A stretch of DNA of 63,452 nt, filler included, from Lenisia limosa (taxonomy: Eukaryota; Protista; Breviatea): assembly GCA_001655205.1 (NCBI GenBank). It is 12 parts of 12 records of this genome, joined end to end, with 100 filler letters (N's around TTAATTAATTAA, not from the genome) between each part and the next. Parts side by side here need not be neighbours in the genome. Positions count along the whole stretch, not along the records: positions 37,155 to 51,303 come from LPNZ01011002.1; positions 51,404 to 55,922 come from LPNZ01002666.1; 10 more parts are not named here. The stretch is one strand, 5' to 3'. Below, piece by piece: positions 38,417 through 51,690 of this stretch. A program made the position numbers and the translations under genes. The notes under the pieces were generated by a model that did no database searches, was not told the DNA's origin, and saw nothing but the letters and a program-made list of their open reading frames with translations. Position 1 is the stretch's first letter. Every line of letters starts with the position of its first letter.

Positions 38417-39031
38417 TTATTTTTGAACAGGTAAAAAGAGTTTAAATTCAGGGGGTAATTCTTCTTCACTGTACAACCTGTCAGAGAAATAAATTCTCCT
38501 AATTCTACAATTCGCAAATAAATAGAAAGTAAAAACCATGAATTTGAACTCTTAAAGTTTCAATGTAATTTGTACCATAAGCACGACGAGTAAAATCACT
38601 TAAATTGAACTGTATCTGGTTCCATCCATCATCCAGCCTCATTGGCATTGTACAAATAAACGGTTTAACTCTTGTTTGACTCAACAGTTAACAAAACAAA
38701 AAACTTGATAATTCGAAGCACGAAATCTCCTTCTTACATTCTTATCATCCAAAACTTGGACTTCAAAACTAAAATACTTTTTTAGATTTTTAATAATCAT
38801 AACCAAAAACGGTAATTTAATACCCAGGGTCTTAGAGGAATCAGCAGGACAAGAAACAAAACAGGTTGAAACATTGTTACCTAACAGTTCAATCACCACT
38901 GATTGAATATCTTGGTCGGTAATTCTTTTGATATGTCCATTTTTAACCGTTTTATCCCAAAGTTGCAAAGGCTTTGAACCAACAGAATATAAAATTGAAA
39001 GAAACCCTGATTGAAAGGTATTCCTAAACAT
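38417..39031 (-). CDS. CFAP20: CFAP20/BUG22; exons 39031-38705, 38681-38537, 38514-38417 (189 aa) separated by two GT-TG micro-introns
   Basis: [27 protein letters not shown]...[10 protein letters not shown]|[48 protein letters not shown]|[32 protein letters not shown], colinear with the conserved CFAP20 sequence. Confidence 0.96.
38515..38536 (-). other. 22-nt non-canonical GT-TG intron (CFAP20 intron 2)
   Basis: Coding strand: CAT G|gtttttactttctatttatttg|CG AAT TGT. Removal restores the invariant QIHANCRIRR, and no AG solution is in frame. Confidence 0.88.
38682..38704 (-). other. 23-nt non-canonical GT-TG intron (CFAP20 intron 1)
   Basis: Coding strand: CAA|gttttttgttttgttaactgttg|AGT CAA ACA AGA. 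Removal restores the conserved YQ-S-x-TRVKP. Confidence 0.85.
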
Positions 39032-41622
39032 TCCTAATGACTTAATGATGAAGACAACAGGAAGCCAGTGATGAGGGGTACCAGGCATGATCCCTGATCT
39101 TTTATAATTTTCGCTGTTGTTTCCTGATGTAAATCTTTTTTTTTTTTTTTTTTTTTNNNNNNNNNNNNNNNNNNNNNNNNNNNNNNNNNNNNNNNNNNNN
39201 NNNNNNNNNNNNNNNNNTCTAACAATAATATAGAAGAAGAATTATCCAATTCACTGGCATTGAGAACAGATTGAGAACTCATCAATTTTTCGAAACATCA
39301 AACAAAAACAGACAGTCCTCAACAAATACTACTCTATACAGCAGCTACCACCACAGTGACTGATTGACTGACGACTGCTATCATCCAACTGCATGACTTT
39401 GGCATNNNNNNNNNNNNNNNNNNNNNNNNNNNNNNNNNNNTACTGGTTTTGTTGTTCCGTTATCTTTTCTTCGTTAAATGTTAAACTTTTGAATTTGCTG
39501 GTTTGCTCTATTGTTGTATTGTTGTACTTACTAAAGCGGTATGATATATTACTCATATTACTTTTATAATTACTAACTACTGAGTGAAAGCGACAAACAA
39601 TAACCCAACCCTTCAAAACATATCTAATTAGAAAACAATACAAAACAAAAGGGAGCACATTACGGCGAACAGAGCCAGCCAGCGGTAGATATGGCAAACT
39701 AGAGATGGTCAAAAAAAGCTTTTGAAAAACAACAGCGGTACCCGAAATATGGTCTGGCTTCCGATGCGCTTGATATGATTTTATCGTGTACTTGTTGTTC
39801 TTAATTCATTCCGGACACTATGTTACTCACATGGTTAACCCGGAGGACACCAATTTTTTCCGAAGCAGCGAACACTGGGGTGCTGTGATCAGGCAGGCGT
39901 CATCAAGCTGCGGTACCCATATATGGTCTGGCTTCAGCATGTGGGACCCAGGGTGACAGTGGAACCATAGGGTAGTAGAGCATGATGCAATGTGCGTTTT
40001 TTGGGACCAGAGGGAAGCCATATTGTGGTATTGATAATGTATCATATTATTTATTTGCCTTTACTTGGTTTCAAAATAAAACTGGAAGTATATTCCATCC
40101 TATCAGGAATTACCTCTGAGAAGCGAAGTCCATAACCCCCCTCACGTTGCAGCCGGTGAGGACCCTTGGATCAATGAGATCGACCAAGCCAGTCTCGAGT
40201 ACCATACTGCTGGGACTGGCCACTGCCCCCTTTATGGCGAAAACTCCTATCCTGAAACAAGCATTCCTGCTGTGAGGGGGTTTGAATATGTCTTATCTGG
40301 GACTGATGTGAAGTATGTTATCTTTTATTCTTGATGTTGGTTCACAAACAGTCTAAAAATCCACGAGTGATAACCTAATTTATTGCTGACCATTTGGAAT
40401 TCCGCTTTGTTGAATGTACTGCTCACCGACCTGTCCGAGCGCACTTGGATTACTTCAGGATATATTTTATGGAGAGGATGAACGCCCTTGTTACTTAGTA
40501 TGTTCATAGATATCACATCCTATATCCTCTGTTGAAAAAAAATATCCTCACAACCACAAATTTCAGTTACATAGCCATTATAGTTCCTGTGAATAGAACA
40601 GCAATGCGGCACCCAGAAGCAGAAGGGTCAAAAAAGTCCGCTTCTTACCAAGTAGTCTCTGCCATGTCGTTGCGAGAGGCGTTCAGACATGACGTTGTGA
40701 GATATGGGATACGAAGGAGATTTCGATGAAGAATATTATTGTAAGAGCGTGAGTGAAAATAAAACCATACTCCTGTTTTCTTCTTGAATAATGTTGTGCG
40801 TTAGAAAGTGTGGAATAAAATGAGGATAAAATACCTGGAAGGTGTACCTCCTAGAAAATACCTCAAAAAAACTAGGTTTTGCATGAAACTAGAGTATTGT
40901 GAAGCAGATACTCAAGAAAAGGGAATATGAATATAGTATAAAAAAAACCACCTTATTCACTTCCCAAAAAGGGTCGGCCCTCCCACATCGCTCTGATCGG
41001 CAGATTTAACTTCATTGCCACTCTTAGCAAAGAGGAGCTCAATGGCGGGGAAAAGCTCAGAAAGGAAGACCTCAAAGGTCTACGGATATCAGGAACAGCA
41101 AGAGTGTTATATCATATTACGAGTAAGTGGAGTGAAGCTAGGTGAAATTATTAATTTGAAAAGTGAGGCCAGAACAAAAAAAAATATATAATACTGTCTG
41201 AAGACGGAAGCAAGAAATGGCTCAATAGTTAATTGATTCTATTCTTGGATTTAAGGGAAAGAAAACGCATACCTCAACACATCTAGCCTTGTACTTCTCC
41301 TTGTCTTTCTTCTCCATCTTCTTACAGATCTTACGAACACCCTCCATATTTTCATTGATNNNNNNNNNNATTTGAATATGTCTTATCTGAGACTGATGTG
41401 AAGTATGTCATCTTTTATTCTTGATGTTGGTTCACAAACAGTCTAAAAGTCCATGAGTGATAACCTAATTTATTGTTGACCATTTGGAATTCCGCTTTGT
41501 TGCTCACCGACCCCTTAGTTCTTTCCGTGCCTTAAGGCCCAAAACGGCACCAACGTCTGGATCCGCTAGATCAGTTCTTAGCGTTATTTATATCGGTATA
41601 CTGTATTCTAGTATACGTATAC

Positions 41623-41700
41623 TATAGCAATGAGAAATAAAAAAATGGGGTTGGCCAAACCGTCCACACCATTATAATATTACTTCACCCAATCATTTGC
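41623..41700 (+). mobile_element. Repeat family 2, internally deleted copy
   Basis: TATAGCAATGAGAAATAA...TTGGCCAAACCGTCCACACCA...TTCACCCAATCATTTGC. Confidence 0.7.
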
Positions 41701-44700
41701 TTTTATTTATTATTGATTCAGTGTGATGCGACATCCAATAAATAAATGATGCCCTGTATACTGTATGCTCAAGAAATTTGAACCAGTATTTTATATATAC
41801 ACCATTGTTTGGTCAGTTATTGTTTCGTTGTTTCTGCCTATTCAGAGTCCAATCAGAGTATGGGTGTGAATTTGCAAGAATTCAAGGCGGATTGATTGAT
41901 TGATTGAGATGTTAATGTTCAGTTCGGAGAGTTCAAGTTCATTGGGTTCATTAATCATCTGAACATCTAAACCTTGCTAGATTTTAAGATTTCTTGATTG
42001 AAATAAATTGCTGTGAACCACAGTGAAACAACCGTGAAAAAAATAATCCCCCGAGATGATGAGATACCGATGCCAATATCCAATCCAATACGATCCTCGC
42101 CATCTGGCCAAGGCCGCCTTGATCCTGGCTGGCAAGATTCAAGAACCTTAGATTATAGATGGTGCTTGCTGTCCATCCGCAAAATACTTTGTGTGGATGT
42201 TCTCTGTGACAAACCACTCAGAAGAAAGCGTTATCATTTATTCAAGAGGAATTCTTTCAATTCCTTTTTCCTTAGTTGAAGCGGAAAGAGGCCCCAAACC
42301 GTGAATTCCACCCAACAAAACAACCTCCGCCCGCGGAGTTTCATTTTAGTGAAAACTCCAATAAGCTTGTTTTAATTTAAATACCTTAATTATATGTATA
42401 CATAGTAAATATAATAGTATAAATATATTTATTTTCGACTATATAGACGTAATTTGTTTTCACTAAATTTGACTTTGCTTTTCTTGCTAACTTGGGAGTC
42501 GCGCGGCGCTTCCACACTTTGGAATCAATCAGAATATTGTTGTCTGAAATAAAGCTTGACTCAAAATTTGTGTTTGGACAGCACAGCCACCTCCAGGAGA
42601 AGGGACGATTTGGTTTTCTGCTGATGAGGCAACCCTCCAAGCTGTCATGTGAAAACAAATGACTGAAACAATTAATTGCTGATGGGTAAACATACGAATT
42701 GGGGGTAAGTGGTGGGTTATGTCAATTGTTACTCTGTCCATGTGCTTTTCCCTTATTATATTTGCAACTCTCTTGATTATTACAATCAAAGCCGTTTGTT
42801 TAGAGCTGTAACCCATTCTTCACCTCCAAACATTGGTCTGTGTTCTTCCAAGATTCACCACCACCACAAATAATGAAGTTGAATTAGCTGTGTTTTGTTC
42901 TTGTCCTAGTGTCCATGTCTGCCTTTCATTTACACCGCCCACCCAGACAGGCAGAATGAACAGATACGACTCGATTAGTGTGGCATCTACAAACCAAGGT
43001 TGGAGAGGCCAACACAACAATGCAGTGACTTCATAATTACGAACCTGTCTTAAGCAAAAACAGCTTATTTGTTTTATTCTAACGTGATTCCTGTTGATAC
43101 ACAAGGTCGTGACTCGGGAAGGGTGCATCAATCTGATTTGGCTAGCGTTCTCCAAAGTACTGAGCAGTGAGTGGGTAACCAATAATCACCTCTGATGGCT
43201 TAACAATGACCAAAGGCCTGTGAAGATTTGACGGAAATCCATCTTGCCTTTTTCTTATTTCCGAACTGATATGTCCCGAAATAACAGCAGCCTAACAACA
43301 CTGTTCCTTCAAGTTTCTGATCAGCTGTAGAATCGAAAAGAGCGTGGAAATAGGACCGAATGCTGACACAGCATCAAAGCTCTTCCTCAACATCTTCAAA
43401 GACCCCATCCTTGAAAATGACTTCAGGGCTTACCACTGGGTATGTTCATTTGTATATGACTTTCTAAAGAGTATAATCGGGATTTTGTTGTCAATCGCGT
43501 ATACACTCCTAAAGACATCGATTGTATTTGTTAATTGCCATGAAAACACTATTCATTTCTTCTTATTATTATTATTCATGAAGTAACATTTTCAGAAGCA
43601 AAAAGGCCCCACCGTTTTAGCAGGATGCAGAGTTGGTGGCTGGACTTTACTTGCCGCCACCTTTCCAATTCTACTGCGAAGAGACTATCTGGGTTGGCAA
43701 TAATAACCTGTGGTAATAGGTTTTTTCATGTTTGTTTGAATATCCCCACATAGTATATCATTTGTCTGTTAACACATTAAGGGTTTTTTGTCCAAGTCAT
43801 GGCACCCCTTCTTCTGATAGTATCACCATCCATCATGAACCACTCAAAATATTGTAAGTTATAAATTGGTTCCTCAAAGAAAAGAAAGTAATAGAATATT
43901 GTTACACTTTTCGTTTGTCATCGAAACTTAAGGACTATTTACCCACAGATTCTTTAAACTCACACCACAGTCCAGCTGCACTACGGCCAATTAACGTCGT
44001 TCTCCCTCTGTTTCCACTTTGTACTAGGCGTCATGGTCAGAAGCCGGCTCAAAGGCTCAGAGGAAATCTCCCTTCTCTGGTTTGTTGTAGGATTAGGACT
44101 TCTGGTACATTGGAAGAAGGATATTCTGTAGAAAAGTCTTTTCTGTGCATAACTGTAACGGTCATCTGTCACAATCTAGGGCTCAACTGTTGATCGTTCT
44201 CATGTTCATTGGTCCTATGATCTTCAGCTCCCTCTTTACCGAGTCATTTCTGACCGCCGTCTTCATACCGACGTCAAATATTATATTTATGATTTACTTC
44301 AGTTGGGGGTTTTATTCATATTGCTTTCATGAAGGTTTTTTTACAGTATAATTCAGTACTGTGATTGTGATTATACATATAATTATGTAAATGTAGGAAA
44401 GAGATTAATATGAATATTATCATATGATAAATTATAATATATCATATAATAGTATGATACATCATCAAGGTAAATAATTAAATTAAAATTCCTTAATGAC
44501 TTGTAGAATATGATGACACCATTTGGGGTGAGAGTAACATCGGTTTTGGCCTCATGAACTTCCTCTTTGCCTTTGTGTTCATGTTGGAGGGGATTGTCTT
44601 TATTCTAAACCGTTGAACAATCCAATCTACAGCATTCCTTTCATCCTTACGCTTTATTCAACGGTTTTGAATATTGTCATATTTTAGTTTTGTTTTCTTC

Positions 44701-45479
44701 AGGAATGACAGCGGATTTCGGTAAGACGTTGAGGGGAGAGTGTTTCATCATTCATAATGTAGTAAAATCACTCTTTTATGTATTATTAGAATCATATATT
44801 ATGAAATGTAGTTATTTGTTTTCTTTGTATAAGATCTGCTGAAATACAAAGATAATATCTGCTTAAATAAAAAGATTAAATCAATATATAAATCTTACAA
44901 TCTAGGCGAGACTTTCTGCTTACCCGATGGGTTATTCACGAAAACGATAGACTTCAGAAGAAAATCTCCACTGTACACCTCATTGAGAAGGGGAAACTGG
45001 ACATGGACCAACAGACAAAAAACTACCTCAAGGAGCTCTCAGGCCAAACTGCAGTGCATGGTAAGATGGGTTTTGTCCGCTGGTGTGACTGAGCTCAACA
45101 TCATGATCTGGTTTAACCAGGAAAGAGTATAGATTTTGTAATGTCTAGTCTACGCAGTCAACATATTATTATCATTGTCCCCCAGTAAATACGACTCCAA
45201 GTGTACGTTCGAAGACGCTCTCAAATTCTACACAAAAGTTAGCATGACTTACTCAACGGCAACATTACTATATAACTGATCACATACCATTTTTGGACTT
45301 CTTTACGAAATATATACATCTCTATACAGCACATTATAAGAACCATCAAATTTACGAATAATTTTTGATCTGGTTTGTTTTAACAAAGTAGCAAATCATT
45401 CAACCCCCCAAAACCCTCAATTTTCAATGCTGTTCGAAGAGGTGAGATATGGCGGGTTTTTATTGTATTCCTTTTTGTC

Positions 45480-48400
45480 ATCTCCTTTCTAAAGGTCTGA
45501 ATACCCTTGGTTTGGCGGCATCTAGACATATTTACTTCTCAGGTTCAATGGGATCTCCTTTGCCATCTCCAAATGTACCAGGGAAAGTCAGAAACGACAC
45601 CTTCAAAGCGCTTCCTGTATGGAATCACATTCATTCTTTCGTACTTCTTGTGTCGCACCTTGAATAACGTAAACAGGTCATAGTTCCTAAACCCAAAACA
45701 AGTCCTGATGGTAAGATTTGAACGTTTTACTATGAACTGCCCAAGACCCTTTTTGAATTTAATATCAACAAGACTCCATATGCAATATCTTCTTGTTCAT
45801 TTATTCTTATCACTTGAAGATTCTAACGTGATATTGGACTAAAATGTAGGAACTGGACCGCGTAAACATCAAAGGCGAATGTCAATGGGAGTGATACCCC
45901 TGTTTTCGATAAAACAGTCAGTAATGGGCTCCCCAATTGTAAGTTGAGGAGAAAGGGATTCTTCTATGTGCATTAGTGTCTTTGATTGACCATTCCTATA
46001 GGTTCAGTACGATGAAGAATCAGGTCACTCCACAGTTAGAACAGGAGCGTTAGTGGGGCACATTGAACAGATAGTGTAGCAGTCTAAATTTGACACATTA
46101 GTATCTCGATTATTGAGAAAGATGAAGACAGGGGCATGACGCCTCAAGTTCAAGAACCAACCCTAAAACACTCGCTGGAAATCAACAAATTGATTCATGA
46201 GAATTCAAACTTGTCGTTTCAGGAGCATAACCAGCGGGGATTCCCAGAGCCGGTATGAATGGTTTGAAATCTTGTGATGTGTTTGTTAACAGTTTCTCAT
46301 TTTCTACAATTATAACCAAACAGCTTGAAAATATTATGGCGTACAGTTGCTTCTCCGAACCTTTTTTGCAACTGTAAGGCCGATTTTTGGTCCAAGCGAC
46401 ATTTGGGGTTCTCATATACTAGAAGCCCAGACGTGACGCTCAGTATGAGCGGGCAGATTGACGCGTTTTCTCAAGTCAACATGTTCCATTTGAACAACAA
46501 AATAGAAGCTAACATCTTGGTTTTCATTGTTGGCTGGGCAATTGCAATTGAAAAAGTTATAACTCTATATGTAGAGCAAGAGAATAAATATTCTGTTATA
46601 TTTATTAAATGTCAACATTACGGAGATCTTTGTGACCTCTTCAGGGTATGGAATGTCTTGACCGACTGAACCTCTTTGAATATTGCGAACTCAAAAGAGA
46701 CGACATGGCAAGGCTTCTGACCAAAGCCTCCAACTGTTACCACAACTTGCCATACCACAATGAGTGTCACGCTGCCGACGTGTGCTTCTCAGTCACTGAA
46801 ATGATCCTCAATTCCCCGATTCTCAACTATCAGCTTAGCTGCTGGGACAGTGGGAACGGATGGTCTGTATACCCAATTTCTTATGCAATTGTCTTTCTGC
46901 CATTTGATGTTTTTTGAAATTGTGTTTTGAAATTGTATTTTGAAATTGTATTTTGAAATTGTGTACTATATGATATTTTACCTCTCAGAATTTGCGGCCG
47001 TTTTAGCAGGAATTTGCCATGACTTCGCTCATCCAGGAGTGAATAACAACTTTCTCAACGCAATTTTGCATCCACTATGTAGGTAGAGATCAAAATAGTT
47101 TGTGTTATTTATTCAATGTACTCATAATAGTCTCCCTCAGTTATCAACACAGCAACTCTCTAAATAATCCATATCTCTTCAGTATCTAATGAATAACATG
47201 TAGCTATGGCCTATAACGACCGATCTGTATTGGAAAACTTTCATGCAAGCGGGTCATGGCACCACCTGGTGGCGGCGACTGGGGGCCTGGCTGAAATGAT
47301 CGAATGTGACAATCTAGTACGTTTTGGAGATTTTTGCGTATAATCTCAGATATTTTTTTTTGATATCGTAATATTATCCGAAATAAGCAATTGAATATCA
47401 AATCCTATTCAAAACTGTCCACATGTTCCAGTCATCACCAATGGTGGAGGGCTTCGGCTAGATAATACCTTGTTATCACATTTCAACATACATATATGTC
47501 TGACCTTCAGAGTGCCGTTCGCACAACGTTTATTGATTTGATCCTTGCAACAGGTGGGGTTATAAGATGGGTTCTTATGATAGAGGGGAGAAAACCTAGT
47601 GTTCGTTTTTGACTTGTCTAGACGTCTCAACTCATTTTGAATTTATGGCTAATTTTCAAAGTAGAATTGAAACCGGTGAGGGGTCTGGCTATCAGATGTG
47701 AAATTCATTGTTGTACTTATTCATGGGACTCTTACCATCTGCTCATTGTTCAGGCATTGAACCGAATTCACGGTCAGATCAGAAGCTGGTGGGATAGAAG
47801 TATCAATACTATCATGACACAGATGTACAAATCATATCATATTCTTTGATGTATTATATCCACAGTAACCTACCTGACTCTGTAAAGCGCTCACCACTAC
47901 CAATTCAGCTCATGAGGCTCATGATAAAAATCTGCGACATCTCACACACCCTCAAAGACCCTGAAGTCTCACTTGACTGGTCAAAAGTGGGCTGGGAAGA
48001 AAACGGAAGAGCGTCGCTAGCTGGCAAACAAACGTGTAATGTTCTAGCGAGTCAATGAGGAGTTCTACGGGCAAGGAGACCTGGAGTACAGCCTCGGACT
48101 TCCCGTCTCGGCCTTTATGAACCGCGAACTTGCCAACTTCAAGAAGTCCCAGATCGGCTTCATCTCATATGTGGCCAAGCCCGTCATTGAGGTTGGCTCT
48201 GGTGTTTATGGTTTTAGAAATACGAGGATGTAATAGAGTATAAGGGCAATAGTAATCAATTTTCTTTTACAAACACGGCTTATTTGTTCCATAATTAGTG
48301 TGTATTGCAGTTTAACCTTTTCAGCTCTGGGAGCAAGGAACTGGAGAAAGTCTCTACACCAAGAGGTGGGAACTCAGATCCAATAAAAACAGGGTTTCAT

Positions 48401-48534
48401 AAAACGCCTACCCCCCCCCCCCCNNNNNNNNNNNNNNNNNNNNNNNNNNNNNNNNNNNNNNNNNNNNNNNNNNNNNNNNNNNNNNNNNNNNNNNNCATCT
48501 TGCAGAAGACTACTGGAAAGACTATGCCGAGTAG
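45480..48534 (+). CDS. Class I cyclic-nucleotide phosphodiesterase with long N-terminal region (5' end unresolved)
   Basis: YHNLPYHNECHAADV; AGICHDFAHPGVNNNFL; YNDRSVLENFHA; DLILAT; MIKICDISHTLK; EEFYGQGDLEYSLGLPVS; SQIGFISYVAKP; ends LAEDYWKDYAE*. Confidence 0.9.
46912..46963 (+). repeat. 13-bp tandem repeat (TTTTGAAATTGTR x4) in a PDE intron
   Basis: tttttgaaattgtgttttgaaattgtattttgaaattgtattttgaaattgtg. Confidence 0.8.
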
Positions 48535-48916
48535 ATTTCATTAGTCCTTCGCCCCATTACAATTTTGCCTTTTATTTATCATTATTATAGCTATTACTAA
48601 TGTAACGTAGAACCAAGAGTATAAAGGTTATCTTTTAGGTATATTTCATTGTCGCAATAATCAATAGAAAGGAGAAAAGGTAGTCGAACAGTTTATCTTG
48701 ATGGACAGTGATATAGAATATCGCGAGAGATATGATTGATTAGGTAAACAGGTAATCATAAAGCTATGATATTATGATACACGTAGTATTATACAACGCT
48801 ATGCTATGCATGTGCCACCCATGTTCACCGAGATAGTAAAGAACAACAAGAAGGTCCATTATAGCGTCAGACCTGAAACCATAAACGGTCACACGGCTAG
48901 GCTCGAGGGCGGGTGT

Positions 48917-49874
48917 TTAGTCGCAAGAGGCACATCCGTGGCAGCCACTGCGGGGGGGGGGGGGNNNNNNNNNNNNNNNNNNNNNNNNNNNNNNNNNNNN
49001 NNNNNNNNNNNNNNNNNNNNNNNNNNNNNNNNNNNNNNNNNNNNNNNNNNNNNNNNNNNNNNNNNNNNNNNNNNNNNNNAAGTTGCTGTAAGATATTATT
49101 ACGAAAAAAACAAAATGTTGAAGTTCGTATTCGACGACTAAATTCTGCATCACATTCCTTTAGCATAAGTCACAATGTTACACCTTCCTTTCCCAATGTT
49201 GTAAATTGAACCAAATTCAACCTTTTCAACTTTTTATCAGCTTATCTCGCTCCAAGATCCCATCCTCCAACCAGGCCTGGCACTCAATCACTGAGCCAGC
49301 AGGGAGATCCTTGCGAGGCACACGGCAAACACATGTCGTTTCAAAGTTGGTACGGTTCTTTTGAATACACTGCAGACAACAGAGCTTCTCATACCCGGTC
49401 TAGTGCGTGAGGCTTTCAACATGACGCTTGTTTGGAAGAACATGGTAAAATAGGAGGTGATCAAACTACGGGGAAAGAGAGGGGAATTGAAATTGATGAT
49501 TCTTACCTTCTTCCACTTGGCAATAAGGCCAGCATCTGCCCATTTCTCCTTGAGGCACCACTCGTAGAGCTCTCTGGAGATCTCCTTTTTCTTCAAAAGT
49601 TATATTTAGACAAAACCAAGGCTTACCACATAGAACATCTCGTAAACAAAGCGTGATCTCTGGTGGTTGATTCTGAAAATAGGCCAAATGGCTTCGACCT
49701 TCCGCTTTCCCTCATGAGGATCGTTCTCAGCTGAAAATAGCGTTAACCTGAGTTCTATTGCAACTATAATTCCTCACCTTCTCTCATCTTGTCTTCAAAT
49801 TCAAGAAGAGTTGGCTCAATGAGCTCAAACCCTTCAGGAGGAGCTTTCTTTCTGTTAGTTCTAACCTTTGGCAT
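48917..49874 (-). CDS. BUD31: BUD31/G10 spliceosomal protein
   Basis: [59 protein letters not shown]...[12 protein letters not shown]|[13 protein letters not shown]...CVCRVP...ECQAC|GCHGCASCD*. Introns are GT-AG. Confidence 0.95.
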
Positions 49875-51690
49875 ACTGACAAGCTTGAAAAAGACCTTAT
49901 CGTGAAAAAATCACAACAAGGTGAAAAAGCTGTGGTGTCTATATGTTGGTTCTTTCCTGAAAACTCGCAATTTCAGGACCTTTTTGCCAGTTTTACAGTT
50001 ATTTAGACACTGGCTATAAAATTCATTCGTATACGAGAGAAAAAACCAAATCTGCAACTTTATTGGCTTTTTTTTTTTTTTNNNNNNNNNNNNNNNNNNN
50101 NNNNNNNNNNNNNNNNNNNNNNNNNNNNNNNNNNNNNTTCATTTTTCAACTGTCATAATGACACAACAATCCTCGGGCGATGAGCTTGGTCGAGCCTTGC
50201 AAATGGTTTGTGATTCCCATTATCTTGTTATTCAGATTATTGAATTATTTTCAAAAGCCCTTTAATTACGCATCAATTATTAAGTTGTTGTCGCTATTCT
50301 TCTTCCTTTGTTCTCACGTTTGTTGTCATCTTTCCCCTTTTCAAGCAGGGCATACTTACTATAAGAGGTTTTTGTCCAAGAAATGGAGTATGTAATGTAT
50401 CGCTTCAGGCCTACAAAGCCCAGAATGATATTTCAAAGCATCACCTTTATGGCCAGTTGTGCTATCAAACACATTTTCAGAGCTTTTTTTTTTTTTTGCA
50501 TCCACATTTATCAAAAAATGAAACATCCACTGAGTTATTTTATCTCGTGTATCTGTATGTGATATGTATACAGTACCTTAAGACTGTATGGGAACTAAAG
50601 TGAACCCGTATATTGATTTTCATATTAGCAAGAGCATGCCGTAGAGATATATATTAGATATCATATATCATGTATAACTGGCGGAACTTTCTTGTCATCC
50701 TTTCAGAGTGACCACAGTAGCGTCATATATTTATAAACCTAAATCACACTTCGTGTCACTTCCTTTTTCATTTCCCATTTCGTTCCCATTTCTGACGTAG
50801 TAGGCGCGGATGGACCACATTCGGAGACAACAGAGAGTAGCATCTTTGAAGGAAACCGTCAAACTGAAGAAAGAGTCTGGCCGGTAGGGGGCAGCATTTT
50901 GGGCTTCAGACATTTATGTGTTGTTGTTCTGTTTGAATACACGACATTTATATACAGTATGTGTTTCCAGTTCCAATACATTAGCTTAATGTGTATGTGT
51001 ACCAATATATGAGTTTTTCAATACATGGCCTTTTTGTCATTTTTAACTAATTCTAGTATTTGGGTTGATAATTCACTGATGACTGCGACTTGCTCTTTAA
51101 ATCAATAACTTCCCACAATCATCGTCACACCCGACCCCGTCTTCCCTCTTGAAACGGCCACGTATTAATATCGCAGTGCTCGGTCCAACTCAGCAGGCCG
51201 ACGGTCGCGGAGCCCTTCACCCGCACCGCGCCGCCTTGGTGGGGGGTGAACCATGCAATATCGCTTATTGCTGAATGTGGGGGTAAACTGCTGCTTTAAT
51301 AAANNNNNNNNNNNNNNNNNNNNNNNNNNNNNNNNNNNNNNNNNNNNTTAATTAATTAANNNNNNNNNNNNNNNNNNNNNNNNNNNNNNNNNNNNNNNNN
51401 NNNAAACTATTAAAAAAAAGGTTGCAATTAATTGCGAATTAATTCATCAGCTTTTGTAGAATATCTTATTAATATATGTTATGTTACAATGTGAAATAGA
51501 ACTAATATTGAAAAGTTTTTGAAACTGACAATCCTTGAAAAACTACTTGTGCCCAGCCAATAATAAAGAAGTTTATCTCTTTTTTTTTCACGCAACTAAT
51601 TACATTTTCCAATTATTTGAAATGGAGGTAACTTTTCAAAAAAAATACCAACTTCAGACTTAAGGATAACACATTACTCCAGGTTTATTA

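Noticed and set aside
39066-39127. C/D-box snoRNA (GTGATGA...CTGA) upstream of CFAP20
   Set aside because: There is no terminal stem and I could not match a guide sequence to rRNA.
40279-41510. Duplicated ~150-nt segment (40279-40441 and 41371-41510) as a gene duplication
   Set aside because: The second copy begins right at a 10-N gap, so haplotype or overlap scaffolding artefact is more likely.
51120-51290. SRP RNA or other ncRNA in a GC-rich patch (GGGGTGAACC)
   Set aside because: It lacks the conserved helix-8 CAGG..GNRA..AGCAG motif, so it is left unassigned.
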